From positions 10,654 through 74,653 of IMG/VR virus record IMGVR_UViG_3300009826_001457: a stretch of 64,000 bases of DNA. One strand, 5' to 3'. Under the pieces are notes generated by a model. It was not told the DNA's origin and searched no databases. It saw only the letters and a program-made list of their open reading frames with translations. The stretch's first letter is position 1, and every line of letters begins with the position of its first letter. The DNA is from a virus. Positions 8,801 through 21,100 of this stretch are shown here, one piece after another. The translations under genes and the position numbers were made by a program.

Positions 8801-11800
8801 ATAAGTCCAAGAATCGTATTGCGGTAATTTTGTGCCGATTGCTGGGCATGGCTTGTGTCAAACAAGTGGTCAATCGCATCAATTAATTGTGGGTTATTAG
8901 CCAGCCCATCAAAAAAATCAGTAAGGTCATCTCCGCTGATTGATGAATTTTCAAATACAGTCTTAAAAAAATCTATTTGTCTACGAGATAAAGATTCCAC
9001 GTTTATTGAAGCAGCCATTGCCAATTCAACAAACTCACCTGATGATGCTCTTATCGCCTGAGCAAGTGCCTCTAGTCTTCGCAGTTCACTTTCCACTTCG
9101 CCTAAAGCGGTTGTTGCTCTGTTAGAATTGGAATCGACTCGCTCCAGCTCACGAAATATTCTGGCAAGCTCATTTAGTGTTTCTATTTGTCCTTCGAGAT
9201 CCAAGCCTTCAAACAAATGGCTAATGCCGGCATATGCTACACCAATACTTTGGATTTCGGTAAACATATTTTCAATGCCCTGTCTTCCGGCTGCGAGAAA
9301 TGCGTTAAATACAGGTACGCTTGGTCCCATCCGCATATCTTGGAAAGTAACCTCTGTGTTCCTTGCCTCGCTTCTCGCCAACATCATTGCGGTTTCAGCG
9401 GCATCTCTAGCAATAACGGCCTGTCTGCGTTCAATTTCTCTTAACTGAGATAGCTGATACGCTAAACCACCATTAACCAAGTCAAGATTCCTGGCTTGCC
9501 CTCCAACCAAGTCTGTAATCTGTTCTTGAATATTCCGGGCTTCAGTGCGTGCAGACTCATCAAAGGTCATAGCGGTTCTCAGCTCTCTATATCTTTCGAT
9601 TAACTGACCAATGGTATGGTAATGCTCTCGTTCCTCTCGTGCTCGTTCCCGGGTAAGTTGTGCGTGTTCCCGGGCTCGTTCTTCTGCGGCACGCTGGGCG
9701 TTAGTAAAGGCCATTAAACCGGCAACGGCAATAGCAATCCATGTAATCGGATTTTTTATCAATGCAGCAGCCATTGTTTTCGCGGCGATACCCACGGCTT
9801 TTAAACTGACTGCTTTGGTTTTGAGCGAAGCAATAAAACCGGCATTGGCAGTTATCCCGGCCTTTGTAGCGGCGTTGCGGGTAATTTCCGCCGTAGCCGA
9901 TTCTAACTTGGCTCCGGTTACTCCCATCAAAGCCAGCCGTTTCTTAATCTGAGCCTGTATATATGCTAAGTCTGTGGCCTTGCCTGCTTTTTTGGCTTTG
10001 TTCACAGCCATTTGAGCGATTACATCTTTTTGCATAACCGCAATATGAGCCGCCTGCGCACCGCTTAGGCTCTTGGTAGCCGCGGTCAAGCTCTCAACCG
10101 TTAATTTGCCGCTTGTTTGCAGGCTACTGACCTGTATTAACGCTGCTCCATATGTACTTAGGTTGGCAGGTAATGATGCAATGGCCGTACCCCAGTTCCT
10201 AAATGAGTCTATTATGCCGGAGGCTACCTTCGTAGCGGCTAGTTGCCTAACCAATGAAATTACCGCGCCCATCACCGGAGGGAATAAGATAAGCTGTCCC
10301 ACTAACCCATTCCATGTTCCTAAAAATCTTGCTACTGCTGTGCCGGCACTGTAAAACCATCCGACCCAACGGCTGCTAACCATACTGCTTACAGTGGCTT
10401 CAAATGCTGTTTGAAACGCGGCCATTCTACCTTCTAATGATTGTTGCCATACAATATTTTCTCTCATTGCTGAGCCGTATGAATACAAGGCTGTTGTGGC
10501 TGCGCCAGCGGCACTGGACATACCTTCCATAAGAGCCGCCATAACCTGACCCTGGCGTACACCGGCAACCAAACGGGTTACTTCGGCTTGCTGTACGTCT
10601 GTTAATGTACCCCAGATAGCAGATAAATCACTTAATATTTCAAATGTGCTTTTAAAGTCCGTGGCAGTTGCCATAATATCTACTCGGCCATCGGTGATTT
10701 CAAGTAATTGTTGATGCAACCTAGTAACCGATTCAGCAGCTCCATCTGCGTACTCACCCATATCCTGTAACTCGCCTGCGGAGTTACGCAAGCGCATCGA
10801 CAATGTACGTAAAGCAGTACCTACGATTTCAGGGTTTTGTATAACCTCGTTCGCAGCTACAATCATACCGATTGACTCTTCAAATGTATTGTTGGCGGCA
10901 GATAACGCGGCTGATGAACGGAACAGGGCTTCACCGATACCTCTTGATGAAATGGCAAAGTTGTTACCGACTTCGTTAAAGGCATCAACGATATGCATAG
11001 CGTTTTGTGCTTCAATATTAAAGGCTTTCATTGTAGAGATTATGGACTGTACCGCATCTTCCATCGGAAGACGTTCAGTACCTACATTACCTACGGTAAA
11101 ATATATGGCTGCTGCATCACCCAGGGCCGTCGCATCGGCTATGCTATATCCAAGTCTTGCGAAGTCGGCTGTAGCATTTATAATCTGGTTAACACTTACG
11201 TTTAATCTCTGAGCCCTAGCGTAAGCGTCTGTTAAGAAATTGGTGTATGTCCTTGCTGTTTCGTCTGTTACCCTGCGTAGGGCTGTCATAGCCCTGTCTA
11301 TTTCTAATATGTATCTTAAAGCACCGCGAAATGTATTAACTAGCCGACCAAACCCAAGCATTGAAACCAAATAAGCGCTTAGTTTTTTACCGGTAGCCAT
11401 AATGGTATCGCCAAAGGACATCTTCGCCCGTCCTGCACCTTGGACTTCGGTTGTAAAGGAGCGTACCCTTTGCGATAATGCTTGGAACTCTTTATTTAGG
11501 GCTGCGTAATGGTTCGTGTTCCCCGCTGCCTCTGCTGTTTGTAAAGCCTCCCGTACCCTATTTACCTCTTCTCTCAAGGTTTGCCAGGTTGCTGCCAGAT
11601 TAGGGTCAGCCTTAAAGGCAGACCAGTTTACACCCATCTTATCCAAGCGGCCCTGTAGCTGAGTTGTCTGCTCGTATAATCTAGTAAAACCTCTGATGTC
11701 GCCTTCTTCTGACCGTAGGGTTCTTAGGGTCTGTTTTGCCAGTTGCAGCTTATCGTTAAACTCACCCGCAAATCTGGCTTGGTCTTCTAAGCCGTTATTA

Positions 11801-14800
11801 TCCCTAAGAGCTTCAAGCGCAGTTACAGCGTCATTAATATTTGCCCGGACCCGGTTCAAAGCATCTTCCGACGCATCTGTATTAAGCCCGAAGTTTAACC
11901 CGGCAAAGGTTCTTTGTAATTCATCAACCGCAAGCTGCTTCCTTTGAATGTCAGCGTCACTAAGCGGCGTTACCGTGGTTCCCACTCTGCCGGAGGCATC
12001 GTTATTGGCCCTGGTTCTTGCAATAGTAATTCTGGCCAGTTCCTGTTCGGCAAATTGTAGGCGCTCATACGCTCCAATCTTATTTTGTAAAACCTGTTCT
12101 TGAGCTTGCAATTCAGATAACCTTGCTCTATTGCTTGGGTCCGTTCTGTTGGCCAACCTTTGTGTTTGGCCTAGTAGTCTTAACGTAGCAATATAATCAG
12201 TGACCGTTTTTGCGTGTGATACTTTTTCGTTATTAAGACCTTTAAGCTGGCTCTCAGCTTGGTTAATGGCCATTACCAAAGAGTTAAACGCCGTTATTGT
12301 AGCGTCCGGTGTCATGGTATTCTTAGCTGATTTAAACTCGCCTAGCTGTGATGTAGCACTGTCAATGGCGGATTCTAAATCAGCGTATCTTTGTGCCAGT
12401 TCGTCAAGTTCTCTGATGCCGGCTCGGTCTAAATCCTGTAAGCCTGTCCTCAGCCCGCTAATACGTGCATCATAGCCGCCGCCTTCGATTTGCCGTTGGG
12501 CAGCGGAAGCGGGGTCAAGGCGGTTAAGGCCCTGGAGGTCGGCTTTCATACCACGGATAATTTCTTGCTGTACCTTTAGCCCGGAGTTAAACTTCGCCAG
12601 AGATGTAGGGTCGTTAATTTCACCAACAACCCTACCTAGTTCTTGAAACTGCTCTTGCAATTTCCCTGTTGTATCAAAGGTATCAAGAAGGCTTCTGGAT
12701 TTATTCTGTAGCGTTGTTATTTGTTCCATGGCAAGCCGCTGATGGGCCTCGGCATCAAACATACCGCTAGGGTCGTGTTTGTAAGCCATTTGCGTTTGTA
12801 GGTGTGCGAAAACCCTCTCACCTTCAGACTTTACAAGCCCAAATGTTTCTTTTATTGTGCGTCCAATATTATCTTGATATGTTATAACTGCTTTTGATAC
12901 TTCATCCGCATTGGAAGTTATGTTAATGGCAACGGGTTGGCCTTCTATTTCACGAATGGCTGCGCTGAAAATGTTTTCAAGCTGCTCTTTAATGTTATTA
13001 GCATCGCCGGCACCAAAATCTAAGCCGCTTATATCTACACCAAGACCAGAAACCTGCGTATCAGCTACAGCTCTTTTGGCATCGCTTAGCGATTCAAATG
13101 CCTCTCCTGTTGCACTGGCCGCCGTTGCCTCACGGTCTAAACGCGCAGCCACATCAGAAGATATACTCGCCTTAATGCGCTCCGCATCTATAGCGCCCTG
13201 TATCGCCTCTGCATGGCTGCGCCATGCATCAGACGACTCTCTTACAACCGCGTTCTCAGTTTTTATGTCCTGGGCGACACCATGGTCAGGAGTTGAATCA
13301 AATGCTTCTTTTGTTACAGGTATGGCTATAGGTGCATCGTCGATTTTCCCCTGAAGCTCTTGCAGTCTATGTAATATGTTTTGCTTCCATTGGTCTAAAG
13401 ATGCTAGGTTATTTGCTTCTATATCCCCAAGGCTAATAGGGGTATCCCCTAACTGACCTTTTAGCTGTATTAAATCCGCAACGATATTTTGTATCTGCTG
13501 CCAATGTGTAACCTCATCCCCATCCGAGTCAAATGAAGCAGTTACTTTCAATTGTTCAAAGGTTGCCAGTTTATCACGCAGTTGCTCTACGGAAGCTCTT
13601 ACGGTATCTTCATCCATTATCGCCGCAACCTCAACATTGGCAACGGATGCAACCCTCTGCAACGCAGACAACTCTGTTTTCGTCGTTGCCAGTTGTTCTC
13701 TAAGGCTTGCAAGGGCGGTAGTATCAACATCACTTAGCCCTAAATCACCGGCAGCCTCACGGACGGTTTCATACATCCCAATTAATTTCTGCAACGAATC
13801 TTGGATGGCTGTAACGGAACCTTGCTTCTGCTCAAGATTTTCTTGTGATATAGATTTGTTGACTTCAATAAGCCTGTTTAACTCTGTAAATGATTCACGG
13901 ATACCATCGTTATTGACCTGTAATCCCATGGCATCGTTTATTATGGCCTTTGCGCCTGTTAATGACTCATCATTAATAATAAGCGCTGTTTCTAATGTAA
14001 GCTGCTCTAAATCACCAACATCAGGTGGAACAACCTTAGTTGAAATATGTATGTCCTTAGTATCAGGAAGACCATCCCCAAGCTGTTGAAGCGCTTGGTT
14101 CGCTTCACCGCCAGCAGCCTGAACGAACTGAATATACCCTGTGATGATAGCTTGATTGCGTTGTATAAAATCTTCAAGCTCTTGTTCGTTAAGCTCTGTA
14201 GATAAGTCCGTTCCGCCTAAATTAAAAAGAGACTCTGTTTGTCTCTCGTTAATGGCCGATTCAACTGGGTTCTGCAATGCCTGCTGTGCGTTTTCATATG
14301 CCTGTTTTAATTCATTTAAGTATGCTATATAGTCTTGTATGGGTTTGGAATCGTAACGCTGTGGTTTTTCAGCTATAAAATTTTCATTGATTCTTTGTAA
14401 GCCAATAAGTGCATCATCAAATTCACGCTCAAGGGCCGCGGTAAATTTTCCAAGCCCCATCCTGCCCACGGCTTCATCTACGTTAAAGGTTTGCCCTATA
14501 AAACCTTGGGATGCTTGGGCTAATTCGGATTGCCTTCTCTGATTTTCTGATAGCAATCGTTGGTGCTCATCTTCCTTAGCGTCATTGATGGCTTTAATAT
14601 GAGCGGCATAGCGTTCGGGGTTGATACTCTCTAATGCTTGTTTAATAGCATTTTTATTGTTAGTGGACATGCCGGTAAACTCATGTAACATCCCAAGCGA
14701 GGCTTTATTATTCCAATGCATAACCTCGTCAAGATTAGTGAAATCACCTGATTGAAGCTGCGATAACCTTTCCAATGCCAATTTAAGACTATGTATCTCG

Positions 14801-17800
14801 CTACCTGCGTCACTGAGCCTACGGATAAAATTATTAACCATGGTTTGCGATGCTGAGTCCAATGCCGATAAAATGCCTTGTAATTGAATCAAATCATCAG
14901 GCAGACTGTCTGGAATGGTTGCCGTAGTTTCTAAGGTTACTTGAGTGAGGTCATCCGGGGTTGGGACTATGGGTACCGCTGCTTCCGTTGGGATGGTAAT
15001 AGGGTCGGCGGCATTTACTTTATTATGTACGGTACTAACAATGCTCGTAAGTTTTGAGGTATCCGCTTCTATGGTTACGGTTGTGCGATGAGCGTCCAAG
15101 TCTTTTAAATCAGACTGGAGGCTTTCAAGTTCTCTTTGTAACAAAAGCGGACGAGGCACTTCATTATCTTTTAAATGCCCAGTACCATGTAATCTCGTAA
15201 GAACAGCTTCGTACTGTTCGGCCAAAGCAATTAACTTGGTTTTGCTTTGTATTGACGCTTCAATACTTTCTCTATAATCCTCCGGCAGTTTAACATTTCG
15301 CAATTCTTGAATTTGCTGCCCAATGTGCCTACTCATTTGTGATGCAACAGGGTCTTCGATTTTTAAGCTTGCGCGGAGCTTATCGGCAGATGCAATGTTT
15401 CTTTCTAACTCCTGTTCAAGACTACTTAAAAATGCTTTAACCGGTTTTCCTAATTGCCCCTGGCCACCGCCTAAGGCATCATGATATTGCTCTGCTAATA
15501 CCCGTGCCCTTTCCAATAACTGCTTCTGTTCTTCTAGCCTCCGTAAAACGTTTTTGCCGATGGTTTCATCGTCAGCCTGCGCCCATCGGCCGCCGGTACT
15601 CTTACGAAGCAAGTTGTCATCTACAGCAGCTTGCCAAGCTCTAGTTCCTCTATTAGCATTTGGGTCCGGTATAACAAAATTTTTGTATGCTTCGGCAACC
15701 GCACGGAGGTCTTCCGCAATTTCCGTCGCCGCCTTGCGCTGAGAAGAGATGAAGCTGGCTGTGTTCTGGCTAGTCCTTGCCATTGTTTCTTTAATGAAGT
15801 CGATGGAAGCGGCAACATCGCCGGAGCCTTGGCCTAATGTAAAGATTGATTCTTGTAAATTAGTTATTGCTGTGTCAAATTCTTCAATAGCTCCCCGTTT
15901 ACGCTCCATATATACACTAAACCGCTCTGTGCCTAACGATTCCGGTATGTCTGCGCTTTGGAGCATTTCGTTCATCATGCGCTTTGCGTTGGTTAATTTT
16001 TGTACAACATCATCGTACCTCGCCAACTGCTCCGCATCCATACTATCAAGAGTTGTGGGCAATCTTGATTCCAAATTAGCTATGGTAGATGGGAGGCCCT
16101 CCATAATAAATATATCGTCTTTTACTGCCTGGACCTGTTGGTGCAGCCTGTACCATTCATCTATCTTTTCGCTTATCTGTCCAAAAGTAATCTCAATAGG
16201 TTGGGTATTGATAGCGGTTTGGATATCATCAATTGTTGCGACCACAGTTTGTTGGGCTTGCTCAAAATTCGCAACGGCTGTTAATTCAATAGAAGGGATG
16301 TCAATAGTACCAAAAGCATGGACGGCATTTTCTCCGGCCAGCTTTAGTACGTTGTTATACTGCATAACCGTAGTAGCAAGTCTTTCTATATGCTCTTGGG
16401 TTATCGCAACCTCATTAACCGTAACAGCCGAAGGGTCGTAATCATGCCTACCCTGAATGGCACCAAACCATCTTTCCTCTAATTCTTGAATAGATTGAGC
16501 ATAGGCAGTCATTGTCTTGACTTGTTCCCTGCGCTGTTCTTCAAACCGCTGCGGAGCATCTCCAAGTTTTGTAGGCGCGGCCCCCACGGGAATCCGCTCT
16601 GTGATAACATCGGTAAACTCCATAGCATACTGCCGCATACCGGTTGCCATGGCGTTTAACTCTTCCTGCGCGGCTTGGGCCTCATGCCGCAAAGATTCAA
16701 TATAGCGTATGTACTCAGAAAACTCTCTTGGAATAATACCTATTTCATGTAAGGCTTCACTGCTTACGCCATGAAATTCGCCTGCCTGTACCCTGTTGGC
16801 CTGTTCAATAACACGCTCTAACTCTCTTCGGGTTTCTTTTTCTTCACGTAGATTCTTCGTAAGCTTTTCAGAGAAAGCGCTTTGTGTTTTATATTGTTCA
16901 ACGATAGTGTTAAAGTCTGCATCGTTAAGCCCGGGGTGCATGTCTCGGAGCTCTGTCCTAGCGAAACGCTCCGCGCCCATTGCTTCGAGCTTTTGCTTTG
17001 CTTCTATGCCCCTGCGTACAATTTCATCTACGGCGGCATCTAAGTTAATATCAACTGGCAGATTTACGGGATTAGCGCTTGCCTTCAGTTGAGCGGCATT
17101 CATTATTTCCCTGACTGTGTTCTGTGTATTAACATCATCCACAGAAGCGGTTAAAGGCATTGTGAAGCTATGCTGCAATTCCTGTAACCTAATTCTTATA
17201 AATTCCAATGCACGGTTAACATTATCTTCATTCAATACGAGGACTTCATTGTTGGTTAAGCCGATATTGCTAAGGCCATCATACTGTGCAAGCAATTGTA
17301 CAAGGCTTTGGAGTGCTGCTTCTTTACCTTTTAATAATTCTATATCCTGCGCTATTGCTATATCATTTTGTTGAGTTGAGGCAACGGCCGGAGTTTGTAT
17401 GGATTGATGTATAACATTAAAGGCATCCGCCAAACTGCGTACCTGCTGCACCACATCGTCGGTTTTTATTTCTATCCTTGCGGCTAAAGTAGTGTCATTG
17501 ATAATATCCCGTATTACGTTTAACGCTTCATGTGTTGCGGAAATATCAGCCTGAGGGTGAACCACGACTCCCAAGTTTGCCAACACTGCTTGATGATGCT
17601 CAATTTGATTTGTGACCCTAAGCATCTGGGTTTCAAGCTGCCCGACAACACTGGCCAGGGATTGAAGCAGTTCTTGGTTTTCATTAACCGCATCGGCGGA
17701 TACGCCGTTTAATTGCTGTGAAGCATTAACGGCCTGCTGGATAAGATTTAAGCGTTTGGTGTATGCGGCAATAATATCTTGTGAAAATCGGGCTTCATCA

Positions 17801-18663
17801 AGGTTATTGGCATCATGTCCAAGCTCTCTAGCCAACTGCACGCCAAGGCTATCCATATCTCTCGAAGATATAGAAGGGATAACAACTTCCGTAATCTGCT
17901 TTAACTGGGTCTTTATATCGGCAATAGTCGCTTCGACTTGGCGCAGGGAGTCTTCCGCAATATTAACACCGACATCTATATTTACAGGGGAACCCGCGGT
18001 CAGAGTGCTGATGTTATTGAACTTCTGCTGAAGCATACTCGCTATCTGCGCTTCATCGAAATTTATCAATGCTTCCATTGGCGGCAACTCTAGCGTAGCC
18101 TTATGTAATCTCTTGAAATCATTTAGGGTATCATTGACTATTTCTTCATTTGCAACACGAACATCATTAAGCCTTTTTAATTGGTCGCCTAAGAAGTTTT
18201 CAAGACCGTCACTGCTTCCAAGCAATGATTTTTGCTGTCTTGTAAAGGTATCACCGAAATTCTCTTGAATCTTCGTTAATCGTTCATACTCCACGCCCAT
18301 TTCTGTGAGCATTTGAACATGTTGTCTAAAATGGCTAACAGACCTTGCATCGCCTATTTCCTCAATATCTCCGACCCTATCCGAAAGTTCGGAAATGCGT
18401 ATTAAGCTATCTCGTATTTCTTTTTCAACGTTCTTAATACTGCCGGGATCAAGTCGTACACCAATTTGAACATCATCTATAGACTTCGTAATGCCGGCGA
18501 TTATATGCTGTGCTTGCTTTTTAACATCACGGCCATCAAGTTCAAGCCTTAGTTTGCCCGTAGATTCTTTGTTGATTATGTTTGATAAATTTCTTACGTC
18601 GCCTTTTAACTGCTCCATATCAATATCAATGGTAGGTGTAACTCTTACTTCATAGTCAGACAT
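5830..18663 (-). CDS. Tape measure protein, exon 1 (4278 aa)
   Basis: Very long coiled-coil ORF with a TP901-type TMP core (AMTALRRVTDET...ATADFARLGYS...IVDAFNEVGNNFAISSRGIGEAL...VGTALRTLSMRL). It ends at ...LRIAA followed by a TAA that is the first three bases of the intron. Confidence 0.92.
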
Positions 18664-18681
18664 TTATTATTTATCACCTCA

Positions 18682-19227
18682 TCACTTTTTCTTAGTTATG
18701 CCATGCCTAGCCAATCCAGTTTCAAATGCTTCTTCCAAAGAGTTGTGATGCTCGCCGCCTTTTTGCAGAGCCCGATTTGCATTCTCAATAAAAGGGCGTG
18801 GCTGCTGCCACACAGAAGAATCGTCAGAAGCCCTTGACCAGCCATCTATAATTAGTCTCTGTAAAATGTCGTCTTTCCGTCTGGCAGTACTAAAAGCCTC
18901 ATGAGGATTATTGCGAGGGTTAAACTTAGCAATGTTCCAAACCACCAATGTCTTGCCGGTTGTGTTTGTAGCCCTGCCTTCAAGTTGAAAGACTATATTG
19001 TTCCTATCACCAAGGCCCTGACCTCCGCTGTCTGGGCTATCATCACTTCTTCTTACATATCGCTGAGGGTTATAAACGTCATAAACATCTCGCTGTATGC
19101 GGTCTAGTACCACCTCTCTCACAACTTCAAAGACTTCGATTTGCAGGGTGTCCTCTACCGCCGCCTGCACATGCTTCCTTATTTGTTTTTCTAGGTCTTT
19201 GAAGTCTTTTGCTGTTTTGATTTTTAT
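18682..19227 (-). CDS. Phage tail-region hypothetical protein
   Basis: The track ORF extends in frame by 19 codons to an ATA placed 5 nt after GGAGGTG. It lies directly before the TMP gene. Confidence 0.7.
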   Translation of the reverse strand: MKIKTAKDFKDLEKQIRKHVQAAVEDTLQIEVFEVVREVVLDRIQRDVYDVYNPQRYVRRSDDSPDSGGQGLGDRNNIVFQLEGRATNTTGKTLVVWNIAKFNPRNNPHEAFSTARRKDDILQRLIIDGWSRASDDSSVWQQPRPFIENANRALQKGGEHHNSLEEAFETGLARHGITKKK

Positions 19228-19286
19228 AGAATCACCTCCAAGCTGTGTGCTTGTTGTCTCGTTAAGTATTTCAGGGGGTTCAAATT

Positions 19287-19331
19287 AAAAAGCACCTGCC
19301 TCCATTTCACTGATGGAAGCAGGCGCTTTTT
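19287..19331. terminator. Strong bidirectional terminator-like hairpin
   Basis: AAAAA-GCACCTGCCTCCAT / ATGGAAGCAGGCGC-TTTTT. Confidence 0.8.
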
Positions 19332-19387
19332 CAAAAACATATGTAGGCTTTGCACATTACGAAAAATCCATATAGTTACCTAAAAAG

Positions 19388-19423
19388 AAGCCATCACCCC
19401 ATGTGGTTAGGGTGGTGGCTTTT
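19388..19423. terminator. Terminator-like hairpin
   Basis: AAGCCATCACCC / GGGTGGTGGCTTTT. Confidence 0.6.
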
Positions 19424-19534
19424 ACCATGTGTTGGACTGTTTGATGTCATAGTTATGGTTTTGTGAAGTTTAATTCTACTTCACAGTACAAGGATATGCT
19501 ACTACCATGTTATCCGGTAAGTTCCGTTTATGCT

Positions 19535-19576
19535 AAAATAGCGCACATCACCTAATTAAAGGGATATGCGCTATTT
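19535..19576. terminator. Terminator-like hairpin of the AAAATAGCGCA family
   Basis: AAAATAGCGCA...TGCGCTATTT; similar stems at 1608 and 48286. Confidence 0.65.
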
Positions 19577-19709
19577 GTTAAACTTGTGAGTAATCAAATA
19601 TTCCCATCACCTACATGTAGATTAGCGGCACTAAAATTGTTGATTAGTCATTTATTCAAAAGCGTAGAGCGGTGGGATTTTGTGGTATACATTCAAAAAA
19701 TAAAGATGG

Positions 19710-20048
19710 TCAGTTGCTATGGAGTAAAGGATCAAATTCTGGAGACGAAATATTAATGTCGTGTGTGCCATCATAGTTTATATGATGATAAAAATAAAAA
19801 CTATTGATATAATCATCATTAACATTAAATTCGTCAGCCAAACTCCGCAACAACTCAAAGAACTTATCCTGACTGATTGGCTCATCACTTAAATGATACC
19901 GCATAATAAGGCATGTTACCGTAGCCTGTATAGAATTGCGGTTACAGCAGTGATAAGCGTTTGTGGTGGATGTCGCATATAACGCGCCAACCGTTATTAA
20001 AATAGCACCGACAATTACGAAAGAGAGTAGAAATATTTTCCGTTTCAT
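19710..20048 (-). CDS. Secreted or membrane-anchored hypothetical protein (moron)
   Basis: MKRKIFLLSFVIVGAILITVGALYA signal-like N-terminus. The start overlaps the upstream stop (TAATG). Confidence 0.65.
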   Translation of the reverse strand: MKRKIFLLSFVIVGAILITVGALYATSTTNAYHCCNRNSIQATVTCLIMRYHLSDEPISQDKFFELLRSLADEFNVNDDYINSFYFYHHINYDGTHDINISSPEFDPLLHSN

Positions 20049-20695
20049 TATGTTTGGCATATGAACCACGTTGTTTTTAGGGTATTGCAACATATTGGGG
20101 TGCCATCCACGAAAATTGTATCAGTACGGGTGCAGCGATTGCAATACACTCTGTAAGAATATCTTCTCCAACATGAAGCGGTGTTATGGGTTAGATATGT
20201 GCGTCCAGAAGCAGGATGTCTGACCTCCCTGCGTGAATGATGAGTAGCGCTACTTGTTCTCGTCCTAGCTGCGCCCCAATCGCAATTTAGCCCAAATACG
20301 CACCAGATAAATGGAACAATTTCTATTTCTCCTGAGGCTTCCCCTAAAAACTTCGCAATCATCAACTCAATCTCGTCATCTGACAAGTCATAATATGATT
20401 CGATGATAAAATAAGAACTGATTGTGACATCTTCGGGAGTAACTTCTAGGCCAAACAGCTCAGAAAAATACTGAGCGCCTTCTACACGTTGTCCAAACTC
20501 ATCCGCACACCAATCAGAGCTAGGTTCTCTTTGAACTACGAAAGAAAATTCATATTCATGATTGCAGCAGTCCCTTACATCACACACTTCTAAGCGTGCG
20601 TCTGCATCGGCAACTAAATTTAACGGACTTAATGCGGTAAAGGCAAAAACAATAGCCGTTACAAGTGCTAGTTTAACAAGATTTTTTCTGTTCAT
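20048..20695 (-). CDS. Secreted cysteine-rich hypothetical protein (moron)
   Basis: SD AGGAGG. Signal peptide MNRKNLVKLALVTAIVFAFTALSPLNLVA, acidic middle part, basic Cys-rich C-terminus. Confidence 0.75.
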   Translation of the reverse strand: MNRKNLVKLALVTAIVFAFTALSPLNLVADADARLEVCDVRDCCNHEYEFSFVVQREPSSDWCADEFGQRVEGAQYFSELFGLEVTPEDVTISSYFIIESYYDLSDDEIELMIAKFLGEASGEIEIVPFIWCVFGLNCDWGAARTRTSSATHHSRREVRHPASGRTYLTHNTASCWRRYSYRVYCNRCTRTDTIFVDGTPICCNTLKTTWFICQT

Positions 20696-21100
20696 GTAAA
20701 TATCCTCCTTTTACTTACTCCGCACGCACAGTTTTATAGGCAGTATAGGTAGTTACCCATAATAAGCCAATCAGAGCCGGAGTTTTTGTCCTGTCAGTAA
20801 AGTTGTACTTGAATTATCAAGTGCCTATGGTATCAAATGCCGCTTATGCAAATGTAAAAGCTGTTTTCTACTTTACCACAATCATAAAACCACCTCCAAG
20901 TTTACATTGCGGGGTATGCTGTTGTTTTTCATCCCCTATTAGGCTAAAAACCTAATTAAATAATCAGCTATGCAGTTTTATTTTTACGTCACATATATAT
21001 AACGAACGAGGATAGATATATGTAACAAGAAAAGAATGCTTGCTATTTTATTACAGATCAGTGCTAAAAAAGGTGAGAGACGATTGCCTCTCACCTGCCA

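Noticed and set aside
6597-18031. Many plus-strand ORFs opposite the tape measure gene
   Set aside because: They are typical antisense open frames of a long coiled-coil gene, with no SD or recognisable motifs.
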